Source: a bacterium
GTDB lineage: Bacteria > UBA8248
NCBI GenBank assembly: GCA_965219955.1
Contig: OZ244799.1
Span: 3,744,001 to 3,808,000 of the forward strand
Direction of reading: 5' to 3'
Length of the DNA stretch: 64,000 nt
Shown: positions 54,354 through 63,520 of the stretch, one piece after another
Layout: the number at the start of each line of letters is the position of its first letter
How positions within the stretch are numbered: the stretch's first letter is position 1
Translations under genes and position numbers: made by a program
The notes under the pieces: model-generated
Database searches by the model: none
Seen by the model: only the letters and a program-made list of their open reading frames with translations
What the model was told of the DNA's origin: nothing

Positions 54354-56453
54354 CTAGAGTTCGATGATCAGGTTCTGGAATTTGTCGACCTGGAAGTTCG
54401 AGCGCGGCCCGATGACGGTCGTCGTCATCCTCTCTTCTATCAAAGCCGGTCCCTTGAACTTCTGGCCCGGTTTCAAGAGATAGCGGTCGAAGATATTTAC
54501 TTTCCGGAAACCCTTGTTCTCCGGCATGAAGATGCGCCGGTTGCCCTTCAGGGCGTTTTTTACGTCCGTTTCGGGCAGGTTCGAGAAATCGAAGCTCACG
54601 TTGGGTTCCGGCCCCAGACCGAAGATTCGCCAACTGAACACCTGGAGCGGCACCTCGTCGATGGCGCGTCCGTGAGCCGAGGCGTAGTGCTCGCGGTAGG
54701 TTTCGCTGATTTCCCCGAAGTGGTTCCGCGTCAGTTTTCCGCTCGGGATGGGAATGGTGAGCGGAAAACCCTGGCCCTCGAAGCTGATGTCCGCCATACG
54801 CTGAATCCGTATTTCGCGCTCCCTCACTCCGGCGGCGGTGAGGACTTCGCGAAGCCGCTTTTCCCGCCGGGTGAGCGTATCGTTCAGCTTGCTGAGGTTC
54901 ACGTCTTCGAGCGCCATTACCTGGCTGTCCACGGTGTCCACCTTGAAGGGGACGGTGTGGAGCCCGAGGCTCGAGGCCAGGCCTGCGCCCGGCGGGCAGA
55001 CGATGCGCTTGAGCCCCACCTTGCGCGCCAGCCGGAAAGCGTGAACGGGGCCGGCGCCGCCGGTGGCCATGAGCGTGAAGTTGCGGGGGTCTTTTCCGCG
55101 TTCCGAGAGCTTGATGCGCGCGGCGGCGGCCATGGTTTCGTTCACCAGTTCATGAATGCCCCACGCCGCCTGGATCTCTTCGATCTTCATCGGCTCGGCG
55201 ATTTTGGTGCGTATGGCCTCGGATGCCGCTTCGGGGAAAACCGGCATCTCGCCGCCCAGGAAGTAATCGGAATTGATGTAGCCGAGAAGCAGGTTGGCGT
55301 CGGTCACCGTGGGTTCTTCTCCGCCCAGTCCGTAGCAGGCGGGCCCGGGGGATGCCCCCTGGCTCTCGGGACCGACCTTGAGCAATCCCAGATCATCGAT
55401 TCGCGCGATGCTGCCTCCGCCGGCGCCGACTTCGATGAGATCGATGCACGGCACCTGGATGGGCATCCCGCTGCCTTTGGTGAAGCGCTTGACGCGCGCA
55501 ATCTCGAATTGAACGGAAAGGTGAGGTTCGCCGTTCTCGATGATGCAGGATTTGGCGGTGGTGCCGCCCATGTCGAATGCGATGAGATTTTCGAATCCGC
55601 CGAGTTTCCCGAAATAGGCCGAGGAAAGCGCTCCCGCCGCGGGCCCCGACTCGAACATGCGTATGGGGCTGCGCCCGGCGGATTGCGCCGTGGCGATGCC
55701 GCCGTTCGACAGCATGATATAGAGCGAGACGTTTTCGAGGTTGACTTCCAGGTCTTCGAGATACCTCGAGACGATCGGCTGAATGTAGGCGTTGGCCACC
55801 GTGGTGGACGTTCGTTCGTATTCCCTGATTTCCGGGCAAACCTGGGAGGAGAGGCTGAAGCTCACATCGGGGAACGATTGCGCTATCGCTTCGCCGACCT
55901 CGGTTTCATGCGCCGGATTGGCATAGGAGTGCAAAAGGCAAACCGCTATGGACTCCGCCCCTTTTTCGACGAGTTCCTGAATCGTTACCTTCACCTCCTG
56001 GGTGCTCAGAGGCTGCAGGATTTCTCCGGCCGCGGAAATCCGCTCGGTCAATTCGCGGCGAAAAGGCCCGGAGACCAGGGGGTCCGGGAATTCAGGGACG
56101 ATGTCGTAGATGTCATACCTGGATTCACGGCCCATCAACAGGATGTCGGCGAATCCCTTCGTGGCGAGGAGGCCCGTGGCCGCTCCTTTTTTCTCGATGA
56201 TCGCGTTGGTGGCGAGGGTGGTCGCGTGAATCGCCTGGCCGAGGTCGCGGAACCGCAGGCTTTCCTCGTCGAGCAGCGTCCGCAGACCCGCGAGCGCCCC
56301 GATGGAAGGGTCGTTCGGCGTCGTGAGATACTTGCCCACCGAGGTTTTTCCGTTCGATGGATTATAAATCGCGATGTCGGTGAACGTACCGCCGATGTCA
56401 ATCGCGGCGATGATTCGTTTTCTGGATGTGGTGGATGATGCGGATTTGGCCAT
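54354..56453 (-). CDS. Hydantoinase A / oxoprolinase family protein (second copy)
   Basis: IDIGGTFTD, HATTLATNA, ESGPAAG, DMGGTTAK, VGAGGGSIA, PGPACYG. Confidence 0.93.
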   Translation of the reverse strand: MAKSASSTTSRKRIIAAIDIGGTFTDIAIYNPSNGKTSVGKYLTTPNDPSIGALAGLRTLLDEESLRFRDLGQAIHATTLATNAIIEKKGAATGLLATKGFADILLMGRESRYDIYDIVPEFPDPLVSGPFRRELTERISAAGEILQPLSTQEVKVTIQELVEKGAESIAVCLLHSYANPAHETEVGEAIAQSFPDVSFSLSSQVCPEIREYERTSTTVANAYIQPIVSRYLEDLEVNLENVSLYIMLSNGGIATAQSAGRSPIRMFESGPAAGALSSAYFGKLGGFENLIAFDMGGTTAKSCIIENGEPHLSVQFEIARVKRFTKGSGMPIQVPCIDLIEVGAGGGSIARIDDLGLLKVGPESQGASPGPACYGLGGEEPTVTDANLLLGYINSDYFLGGEMPVFPEAASEAIRTKIAEPMKIEEIQAAWGIHELVNETMAAAARIKLSERGKDPRNFTLMATGGAGPVHAFRLARKVGLKRIVCPPGAGLASSLGLHTVPFKVDTVDSQVMALEDVNLSKLNDTLTRREKRLREVLTAAGVREREIRIQRMADISFEGQGFPLTIPIPSGKLTRNHFGEISETYREHYASAHGRAIDEVPLQVFSWRIFGLGPEPNVSFDFSNLPETDVKNALKGNRRIFMPENKGFRKVNIFDRYLLKPGQKFKGPALIEERMTTTVIGPRSNFQVDKFQNLIIEL

Positions 56454-56811
56454 TTCTAGGTTATGGGACAGCCTCTTGTGTGGGGATCAAAAGATTTGCG
56501 GCACCGTATGTTTTAGGGTGATTCCGAGCAACTCAAATTCTATAAGCCAGACATAAGTATATGAAAACAGGCGATTTGTCAATTCTCTGCCGGATAAATA
56601 TGGTTTAAGATATTGATGTTTAATGAGTTATTTGATTTTTTCGAGGCAACGGGCAATAATAAAAATAATGAAATATCATGGGGATTTCAGTTTAACTCGT
56701 TGATATATATATCGTTATTGAACGATGATTCCCCGTTTCGACTCGAAAGGCCCGATATTCAGGGAAGAAACAGGTTGCACGATCCGATAACGGGTTCTTG
56801 ATTGCATCTAT
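56454..56811. promoter_or_regulatory. AT-rich divergent promoter region
   Basis: Strongly AT-rich stretch (about 56520-56730) between divergent operons in a GC-rich context. Confidence 0.55.
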
Positions 56812-56868
56812 ATGCCGAATGTCCATACGATTGGGTGGAAGTTTTCTCAAACGAGGGTGAGGCCTGTT

Positions 56869-57885
56869 GTGATGACGGAAAATCAAAACGAATCGCTCGT
56901 CCGATATGCGCTGGTTGATTGCGATCCGGGCGTGGACGATGCGCTGGCCCTGGCGATGGGGTTCGCGTCCCCCTTTTTCCGCTATGACGCCGTGACGACC
57001 GTGCACGGCAACGTTTCCGCGCGTCTGGCCTACCGGAACGCGAGAAGGCTCACCGCATTCCTGCGTGCTCACCTCGAATCCCCCATTCCGGACGTTCCCG
57101 TTTATCCGGGCGCCTCGCTGGCGCTGGACGGAAGCCGCCTGAACCGGAGTGAATCGCGCATGATTCACGGGCCCGATGGCATGGGAGCGATTTTCGGGAA
57201 GAAAAAGCGTTTGCTCCGCATGAGCCGGGGAAGTTCGAAACCTGCCTGGGAGGTGATCGTCGAGCAGGCTGCCGAGCGGGGCTCCAGGTTGACGATCATC
57301 ACGCTGGGGCCGCTGACGAATCTGGCCCTGGCCCTTCGGCACGCGCCCGGCGCCTTGTCCCGCGTAAGGAGGATTGTGGTGATGGGAGGAGCCGCCCGGA
57401 TGCCCGGGAACGTGACTCCTGCGGCCGAGTTCAACATCTATTGCGACCCCCTGGCGGCGAAGGAGGTGTTCTCATCGGGTCTGCCCGTCACCATGGTGGG
57501 TCTGGACGTGACGAGGCGCGCGCTCATGAGCGTCGATGAATTGGAGGGCGGCGGCTCGTTCCGCGCGGCGCTCAGAGACCTCACCAAAGTCTACGCGCGG
57601 TTCTCCAGGAAACGGCGGGGCGCCGACGACATCACCCTGCACGATCCCCTGGCCCTCGCCGTCGCGATGAAGCCGGAATTGGTGGAGACCACCCCCTGCA
57701 GCGTGGACGTGGACGCGAGCAGGGGGGTCGCGCGCGGCATGACGCTGGTGGACCTGAGGGAAAACAGGGGCGCGCGGGTCAGAAACCCGGTCGACGTGGC
57801 CCTGGACCTGGATCGAAAGGGTTTTCTGGCGTTTTTCATCTCGCATCTGAGCAAATACCGCGGATGGGACGAAGATGGAAAATAA
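56869..57885 (+). CDS. Inosine/uridine-preferring nucleoside hydrolase
   Basis: DCDPGVDDA, TVHGN, IHGPDG, LGPLTNLA, MGG, GNVTPAAEFNIYCDP, GLDVT, LHDP; start 56812-56872 uncertain. Confidence 0.93.
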   Translation: MMTENQNESLVRYALVDCDPGVDDALALAMGFASPFFRYDAVTTVHGNVSARLAYRNARRLTAFLRAHLESPIPDVPVYPGASLALDGSRLNRSESRMIHGPDGMGAIFGKKKRLLRMSRGSSKPAWEVIVEQAAERGSRLTIITLGPLTNLALALRHAPGALSRVRRIVVMGGAARMPGNVTPAAEFNIYCDPLAAKEVFSSGLPVTMVGLDVTRRALMSVDELEGGGSFRAALRDLTKVYARFSRKRRGADDITLHDPLALAVAMKPELVETTPCSVDVDASRGVARGMTLVDLRENRGARVRNPVDVALDLDRKGFLAFFISHLSKYRGWDEDGK

Positions 57886-58837
57886 AAAACCCGCCGTCCT
57901 GGTGCTGGGAAGTTCGAATATCGATATCGTCGTTCGCGTGGACAAGCTCCCCCGTGCGGGTGAAACCGTCCTGGGAGGGGAGCGGCGTGAGTATTGGGGC
58001 GGCAAGGGAGCGAATCAGGCCCTGGCGTCCGCCCGCGCCGGGGCGGAAGTGCGCTTCGTCACCATGCTGGGAAACGACCCGGGCGGCGACGCTTATGGCC
58101 TCTACCTGGTGGAGAGCGGGTTATCGCCCGACGGGATACTGCGCTGTAAGGCGAGCACGGGGACGGCGCTGATCCTGGTGGACGGGAAAGGCGAGAACCA
58201 GATCGCCGTGGCCCGGGGCGCGAACGCGCTCCTCACGCCCGGGCGAATGAGAAGAAGGGCGGGACTCCTGGATTTCGGAGACGTGGTTCTGGCGCAGTTG
58301 GAGGTCCCGGTTTCATCGATCATGGCCGCTTTCGGAAAAGGGAGAAGGCGCGGCGCCTGCAACGTCCTGAACCCGGCTCCGGCGGCGGGGGAATTGCCCG
58401 ATGAATTGCTTCGTTTGACCGACGTGCTCGCGCCGAACGAAACCGAAGCGGCGCATCTGGCCGGACTCGTGAAAACTCCCGAAACCGATGAGGAGTTTTT
58501 ACGCGCTGCGCATGCTTTACGGGATATGGGGTTTTCTCGGGTCGTCATTACCGCGGGCGCAAAAGGGGCTTTTCTTCTGGATGAGGAGCGGGCCGCCTGG
58601 ATGAGGCCTCCCGCCGGGATTCAGGTGGTGGACACCACGGGCGCGGGCGATGCTTTTTGCGGAGCGCTGGCGGTGAAGCTGGCCGAGTGCGCGGCGTTTC
58701 AAGAAGCGGTGCGCTTCGCCGTCAGCGCAGGCTCGTGTTCGGTGGGAAAACGCGGCGCGCAAGGGGGTCTGCCTTCGCGCAGGCAAATCCTCAAAAATCA
58801 GCGCCAAGTGCGCCGAAAACAAATTCGGGTTGGTTGA
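57875..58837 (+). CDS. rbsK: Ribokinase
   Basis: GSSNID, GGKGANQA, GENQI, QLEVP, LNPAP, PNETEA, DTTGAGDAF. Confidence 0.92.
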   Translation: MENKKPAVLVLGSSNIDIVVRVDKLPRAGETVLGGERREYWGGKGANQALASARAGAEVRFVTMLGNDPGGDAYGLYLVESGLSPDGILRCKASTGTALILVDGKGENQIAVARGANALLTPGRMRRRAGLLDFGDVVLAQLEVPVSSIMAAFGKGRRRGACNVLNPAPAAGELPDELLRLTDVLAPNETEAAHLAGLVKTPETDEEFLRAAHALRDMGFSRVVITAGAKGAFLLDEERAAWMRPPAGIQVVDTTGAGDAFCGALAVKLAECAAFQEAVRFAVSAGSCSVGKRGAQGGLPSRRQILKNQRQVRRKQIRVG

Positions 58838-58942
58838 CTTCAATCCCCAACCCGCATAGGGTGAGCGGAGAGGCGCTTGATGAGGTGACATTTCGCGCTC
58901 TTTCCGACCAAACATCACACGTCGCCAATAGGAGAGACGCTC

Positions 58943-59992
58943 ATGCCGATGGATTGGGATGAGTTCAAATCAAGAAGACAGGGAGGCAGCGGAGGAGGAA
59001 GCGGTGGAGGCGGCGGCATCCCGCCGCAGATCAAGATTCCGCAGTTCCGCATGCCGAATTTCAAACTTCCCTCTGCGGCCATATTCGTTGTGGCGGCGCT
59101 GATATGGCTGGCTTCCGGCATTTTCAGCGTGGGGCCGGACGAGCAGGGCATCGTGCTCCGGTTCGGACGCATCGAACGGGTGGTGTCCTCGGGCCTGAAC
59201 TACCATATGCCTTTCCCGATAGAGACCGCCTACACGCCGAAGGTGACGGAAGTGAAGCGCGTGGAAATCGGTTTCCGCACCATCGATCCCGGGCCTCCCG
59301 CCAGATATTCGGACAAGCCCCATGAGTCGAGGATGCTGACCGGGGACGAGAACATGGTGGACGTGGACATGATTGTCCAGTATCTCATCGTGGAGGCGGA
59401 CAAGTATCTCTTCAAGGTGCGCAACCCCAGGGAGACGGTGGTGCACGCGGCGGAGGCCGCCATCCGTCAGGTGGTGGGCAGCAAGCCCATCGACGAGGCG
59501 CTCACCACCGGAAAGGGCGCGATTCAGCAGGAGACGCTGGTGGAGCTTCAAAAGATACTGGATCGCTACGAAACCGGGTTGCGCGTAGTGGCTGTGCAGC
59601 TTCAGGACGTGACGCCTCCCAAGGAGGTCATCCACGCATTCAAGGACGTCGCCAGCGCCCGTGAGGACAGAAACCGCCTCGTGAACGAGGCGCAGGGCTA
59701 TCAGAACCAGGTGATACCGGAGACGCGGGGCAAGGTGGCCGCCATCATCAGGAAGGCGGAAGCATACCGCGAGACCAAGATTCGTCACGCGCGAGGCGAT
59801 GCGAATCGCTTCCTGGCGACGCTCAAGGAATACAAAAAAGCGCCGGCGATCACGCGCGAGCGGCTCTACCTCGAAATGATGAAAGAGGTGATGCCGACGG
59901 TGGACAAGGTGATCCTGGATCAGGGCAAATCCGGCGTGTTGCCCATACTCCCGCTACGGGGCAACGGCATTGAAGGGGTGACGAAACGATGA
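58943..59992 (+). CDS. hflK: FtsH protease modulator HflK
   Basis: Gly-rich N-terminus, TM segment, EQGIVLRFG, MLTGDENMV, AFKDVASARED, APAITRERLYLE. Confidence 0.96.
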   Translation: MPMDWDEFKSRRQGGSGGGSGGGGGIPPQIKIPQFRMPNFKLPSAAIFVVAALIWLASGIFSVGPDEQGIVLRFGRIERVVSSGLNYHMPFPIETAYTPKVTEVKRVEIGFRTIDPGPPARYSDKPHESRMLTGDENMVDVDMIVQYLIVEADKYLFKVRNPRETVVHAAEAAIRQVVGSKPIDEALTTGKGAIQQETLVELQKILDRYETGLRVVAVQLQDVTPPKEVIHAFKDVASAREDRNRLVNEAQGYQNQVIPETRGKVAAIIRKAEAYRETKIRHARGDANRFLATLKEYKKAPAITRERLYLEMMKEVMPTVDKVILDQGKSGVLPILPLRGNGIEGVTKR

Positions 59993-60924
59993 GCGCCGAA
60001 GGAGCAGAAACCAGAAAAATTCCCAAAAAGACGATCGCCCTGTTCGTTTTGATACTGATCATCGTTTTTGGCGTCAATTCGCTTCTGTTCACGATTCGTG
60101 AAGACAGGCAGGTGGTCGTCACGCGGTTCGGAAAGCCCGTCCGCGTCTTGCGCGACGCGGGTCTCCACTACCGGCTGCCGTTCGTGGAGCAACTCTCGTT
60201 CTTCGACCGGCGCCTGCTGGAGTACGACTCCAACCCGACGGAGATCATCACGCAGGACAAGAAATCCCTGGTGGTGGACAACTTCTCGCGCTGGCGCATC
60301 ATCGACCCGCTCCAATTCCTGCGCACCGTGCGAAACGAAACGGGCGCGCAGGCCCGGCTCGACGACATCATCTACAGTGAACTGCGCCTGGAGCTCGGCC
60401 GTAAGGATCTGATCGACATCGTGGCGAAAGAACGCGCGCAACTGATGGCCAAGGTCACGAAAGAAAGCGACAAGAAGGCGCGCGCCTACGGCATTCAGAT
60501 AGTGGACGTGCGCCTGAAGCGCGCCGATTTGCCCACCGAGAACCTGAAGGCGATTTACGGACGCATGCAGGCCGAGCGGCAGAGAATCGCCCGTCAGTAC
60601 CGATCGGAAGGAAAAGAGCAGGCCCAGAAGATTCGGGCGGAGACCAACCGTGAACGCGACGTGCTCCTCGCGGAGGCCTACGAGAAAGAGCAGACCGTCA
60701 AGGGTGAGGGAGACGCCAAGAGCATCGACATCAACGCCCAGGCGTTCGGGCAGGACGAGGAATTCTATGCCTTCCTGAAGAGCCTCGAGGTGTATGAGGG
60801 CTCGCTCAAGGACAAGACGACCCTCGTGCTGCCGGCGAGCAGTGATTTTCTCCGCTTCCTGCAAGGCTCCGTGAACAGGAATATGAAGAAAGCCGAGGAA
60901 AAAACCGAGAATAAATCCCAATAA
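59989..60924 (+). CDS. hflC: FtsH protease modulator HflC
   Basis: VTRFGKP, TQDKKSLVVD, RWRIIDP, DVRLKRADLP, RMQAER, EFYAFLKSLE; ATGA overlap with hflK. Confidence 0.96.
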   Translation: MSAEGAETRKIPKKTIALFVLILIIVFGVNSLLFTIREDRQVVVTRFGKPVRVLRDAGLHYRLPFVEQLSFFDRRLLEYDSNPTEIITQDKKSLVVDNFSRWRIIDPLQFLRTVRNETGAQARLDDIIYSELRLELGRKDLIDIVAKERAQLMAKVTKESDKKARAYGIQIVDVRLKRADLPTENLKAIYGRMQAERQRIARQYRSEGKEQAQKIRAETNRERDVLLAEAYEKEQTVKGEGDAKSIDINAQAFGQDEEFYAFLKSLEVYEGSLKDKTTLVLPASSDFLRFLQGSVNRNMKKAEEKTENKSQ

Positions 60925-60936
60925 TTTTGTATTTCC

Positions 60937-60974
60937 AAAAAGAAAGGCCCCCTCCCGAGGAGGGGGTCTTTTTT
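60937..60974. terminator. Bidirectional intrinsic terminator
   Basis: AAAAAGAAAGGCCCCCTCC-CGA-GGAGGGGGTCTTTTTT; U-tracts on both strands. Confidence 0.85.
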
Positions 60975-61244
60975 CGGCGGGGTTGAGAGGCGACTCGAAA
61001 GCCCGAATGCGAGACGCCCTCGTCTTCGGTGTCGAAACTTATGGGGCCCCGCAGGGGGCCCCTGGGTGGGATAGGGGCATCTTCCGGAAGGAAAGGGCAA
61101 GCGATGCCCGGAAAGGTCATCTCGCCGTTCACGTCATGAAAATACTTCCATAACCGATACGTGCAAAATACGCCTGGAACGGAAACGAAGGGCGGATGGA
61201 CCTGCCTGAACTCGTGGTGATGTGCTTGCTAGATGCTACCCATA
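60937..61244 (-). ncRNA. Candidate small RNA, about 300 nt, unknown family
   Basis: Lies between a near-consensus promoter (61251-61279, minus strand) and the terminator; no credible ORF; hairpins GGGGCCCC-CTGC-GGGGCCCC and GGGCATC...GATGCCC. Confidence 0.45.
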
Positions 61245-61250
61245 TCCTCC

Positions 61251-61279
61251 AATGTAGAGCGAATTTTTCCATCTGTCAA
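61251..61279 (-). promoter_or_regulatory. sigma70-type promoter
   Basis: Minus strand TTGACA (61279-61274)-17bp-TACATT (61256-61251). Confidence 0.7.
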
Positions 61280-61287
61280 GAAATTTA

Positions 61288-61457
61288 ATACTAAATGTAG
61301 TGCATTTTTTTGTTTCCACACAAGATATTGTGTCAAAAAGGCAATCTTATCCACAGGTTATCCAGACGGGAAAAAACGAATTGCCCCATAAAAAGCAATC
61401 AGTTACGAGGAATCTATATATAGTGTAATGAGTAGTTGTGGATACAATATCTTGAGA
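61288..61457. promoter_or_regulatory. Four NrdR-box-like sites in two tandem pairs, plus three DnaA boxes
   Basis: NrdR-like: ATACTAAATGTAGTGC 61288, ACACAAGATATTGTGT 61318, AATCTATATATAGTGT 61411, ATACAATATCTTGAGA 61442 (spacings 30 and 31 bp). DnaA: TTATCCACA 61347, TTATCCAGA 61358, TGTGGATAC 61437. Confidence 0.7.
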
Positions 61458-61577
61458 TAAGGAGAAATATAGTTTTCAGGCTGTTTCCGGGCCCGTTCTG
61501 GTCGGGGAAGTCATCGAATCGGCGGGCGCGAACCAGGGCGCTTTCATCGTACCGGCCGCCAAAACGGGAATTCGTCG

Positions 61578-61940
61578 TTATCCGTCTCTCAGGTAATTAT
61601 CGGTTCCGTCGACCCAGTCTTCCCGGATGGGGCTGAAGATGTCGTAGTCTATCGCCGTTTCATCGCCCACGACTTCCACGGAGTGGGGGACGTGCGGGGG
61701 GATGAGGAGCGTCTCCCCCGGCCCGATTTCCACGGTCTCATCGTCGATGAAGAAGCGGAGCCTACCCTGCAAGACGTGGGATATCTGCTCGTGCTCGTGG
61801 CTGTGCATGGGCACCACGCAGCCGGGCTTGAGCTTGAGCCAGCAAAGCATCTCTTTTTCGCCCACCACCATCTTTCTCGACAGGGTGTCGTTCAAGACCT
61901 CCTCGGGCATCTCATCCCAACTGTATTTTTGGGCGCGCAT
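61578..61940 (-). CDS. Cupin domain protein
   Basis: VPMHSHEHEQ, IPPHVPHS, DIFSPIREDW; AAGGAG SD. Confidence 0.9.
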   Translation of the reverse strand: MRAQKYSWDEMPEEVLNDTLSRKMVVGEKEMLCWLKLKPGCVVPMHSHEHEQISHVLQGRLRFFIDDETVEIGPGETLLIPPHVPHSVEVVGDETAIDYDIFSPIREDWVDGTDNYLRDG

Positions 61941-62004
61941 GGTTCATCTCCTTGGGGTCGAGTGCTGGTTCGCTTCAGGAAGGCGGCGAAAACCGCCGGC
62001 GCAT

Positions 62005-62283
62005 CTACTGCTTGTATTCAGGCAGCGTCCTGCTGAAGCCCTCCCGCATGACGCGGCCTTTCTTGAGCACGTAATAACCCTCGCCGTAGCGGATGACGCT
62101 GGTGAGCGGGGGAATCCGGCATTCTTTCGAGATCACTAGGTTTTCCTGGGATTCATCGCGGGGGAGATAGCGCTCCGCGTCCTCATCGGACAGCTGAATC
62201 TCACTGTTGCAGGCGCCGGCCGCCGTTTCGAATTCGCCTTGCAGCTTGATGGTCTTGCATTCACAAGAAATCGCGTTGCTCAT
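62005..62283 (-). CDS. Small hypothetical protein
   Basis: 92-aa ORF with AGGAG SD, same strand as the cupin gene; no family recognised. Confidence 0.6.
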   Translation of the reverse strand: MSNAISCECKTIKLQGEFETAAGACNSEIQLSDEDAERYLPRDESQENLVISKECRIPPLTSVIRYGEGYYVLKKGRVMREGFSRTLPEYKQ

Positions 62284-62409
62284 TGAGGGTCTCCTGCGCT
62301 CATCGAGAGCCTTCTGAAAAAGTGGGCCTATGCTAAAAAGTGGGCTTCAGCCTGTCAAGACCGCCGGGGATGAAAAACGCATGCCGCATCGGCGCGATGG
62401 TCCGGGAAA

Positions 62410-62760
62410 GGAGTTGTTGGAAACCCGTCTTTGCTCGAAATGGACCACCGCCGGAATGACGAGCGGATGCCGCGCCCGCTGCAGGGGCTGTTGAAAAAGT
62501 CTCATACGGCGCAATCCCTCTCCTCGTCCTGCGCATCCCACCGCTCCGCCTCACCCTGAGTAGCGGCCCCTCGACTTCGCTCGGGGCAGGCTCCGCCGTT
62601 CTCCGACACTCCTCACCCTGAGTAGCGGCGGAGCCGCGTATCGAAGGGCGAAGTTCGCACCCCCCCCCATCCTTCGATACGGCGCTTGCGCGCCTACTCA
62701 GGATGAGGGTTTCAAGGCTTCTGCGAAGCCCGTTCCCGATACCGGGTTTTTCAACAGCCC
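62410..62760. mobile_element. MITE-like element(s) carrying a CCCTGAGTAG...TCGAAGG REP doublet
   Basis: Left ends GGAGTTGTTGGAAACC (62410) and GGGGCTGTTGAAAAAG (62484), right end GGGTTTTTCAACAGCCC; internal CACCCTGAGTAGCGGCGGAGCCGCGTATCGAAGG...CCTTCGATACG...CTACTCAGGATGAG. Confidence 0.7.
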
Positions 62761-62858
62761 GGGAGAGGTTCTGTTCGGTTTGAAATGTCTCCCTCGCGGG
62801 AGTATAAATGGTCGGGTTTCAGGATTTATCGTTTCATTCATTTCAGGAGGGCGCATTG

Positions 62859-63359
62859 ATGCCACGCATGACGGACAAGATGATCGACTCGGGCGATCCC
62901 TTCCCGAGCCTCGAGGTGGACCAGGTGGGAGGCGGCAAAATCTCCCTTCCAGGCGACCTTGCGGGCGATTGGGGGGTGGTATTGCTCTACCGCGGACACT
63001 GGTGACCGTACTGCAAGCAGCAACTTACGGCCTTCGACAGATCGGCGAAGCTCGCCGAAGAAGGCGTCAAGGTTGTTGCAGCCTCCGTGGACACGGAGGA
63101 GAACGCGAAGGGAACGATTGAGGAATGCGGACTCAACTTCCCCGTGGGCTATGGCCTGGACAACAGGCAGATTTCCGAACTCACCGGTTGTTTCTATGAG
63201 GAAAAACGCCAGATCATCCACAGCACGGGCTATGTCCTGAAGCCCGACGGAACGGTGGCCGTCGCCGTCTACAGCACGGGCCCCATCGGCCGGCTCGTGT
63301 GGCAGGACGTGGTGGGTCTGGTTCAGTTCCAGAAGAAGATGATGGCCTCCCAGGGCTAG
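62859..63359 (+). CDS. Peroxiredoxin-like (AhpC/TSA, thioredoxin fold) selenoprotein, UxxC (Sec at codon 49, TGA 63003-63005), 166 aa
   Basis: In-frame join GDPFPSL...WGVVLLYRGHW-U-PYCKQQL...VVAASVD...LNFPVGYG...YVLKPDGTV; AGGAGG SD. Confidence 0.9.
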
Positions 63360-63375
63360 CGCGCATCTTTTCGGG

Positions 63376-63415
63376 CACCCCCTCGGGTTTCGGCTTCGAG
63401 GGGGTGTTTCTTTTT
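63376..63415 (+). terminator. Intrinsic terminator
   Basis: CACCCCCTCG...CGAGGGGGTG followed by TTTCTTTTT. Confidence 0.8.
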
Positions 63416-63520
63416 GCGAGGAAAACCGGCGGGCCTGTTTTCATCGCTCCGCGAGAGAGGTAACATCGCAGGCAGATGACACAGCCGCATTCATATTCCT
63501 GAACGAAACGGGAGCGCATC

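Noticed and set aside
52733-56438. Long antisense or alternative-frame ORFs (52733-54319, 54009-56438, 28506-29990, 33190-34782 and similar)
   Set aside because: Shadow ORFs expected from high-GC codon bias over genes with clear family motifs.
56540-56620. dif (XerCD) site in the AT-rich region
   Set aside because: Partial arms such as GCCGGATAA and TTATGT occur, but no properly spaced XerC/XerD 28-mer.
61060-61200. CsrB/RsmY-like RNA on the + strand (several GGA motifs)
   Set aside because: No + strand promoter after the hflC terminator and the GGAs are not clearly in hairpin loops; the clear promoter is on the minus strand.
61281-61470. Chromosomal oriC
   Set aside because: Only three DnaA boxes and no dnaA/dnaN/gidA nearby. 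The rRNA operon and most genes to the left are on the + strand, so they would be head-on to a fork leaving this site. Not formally excluded without GC skew.
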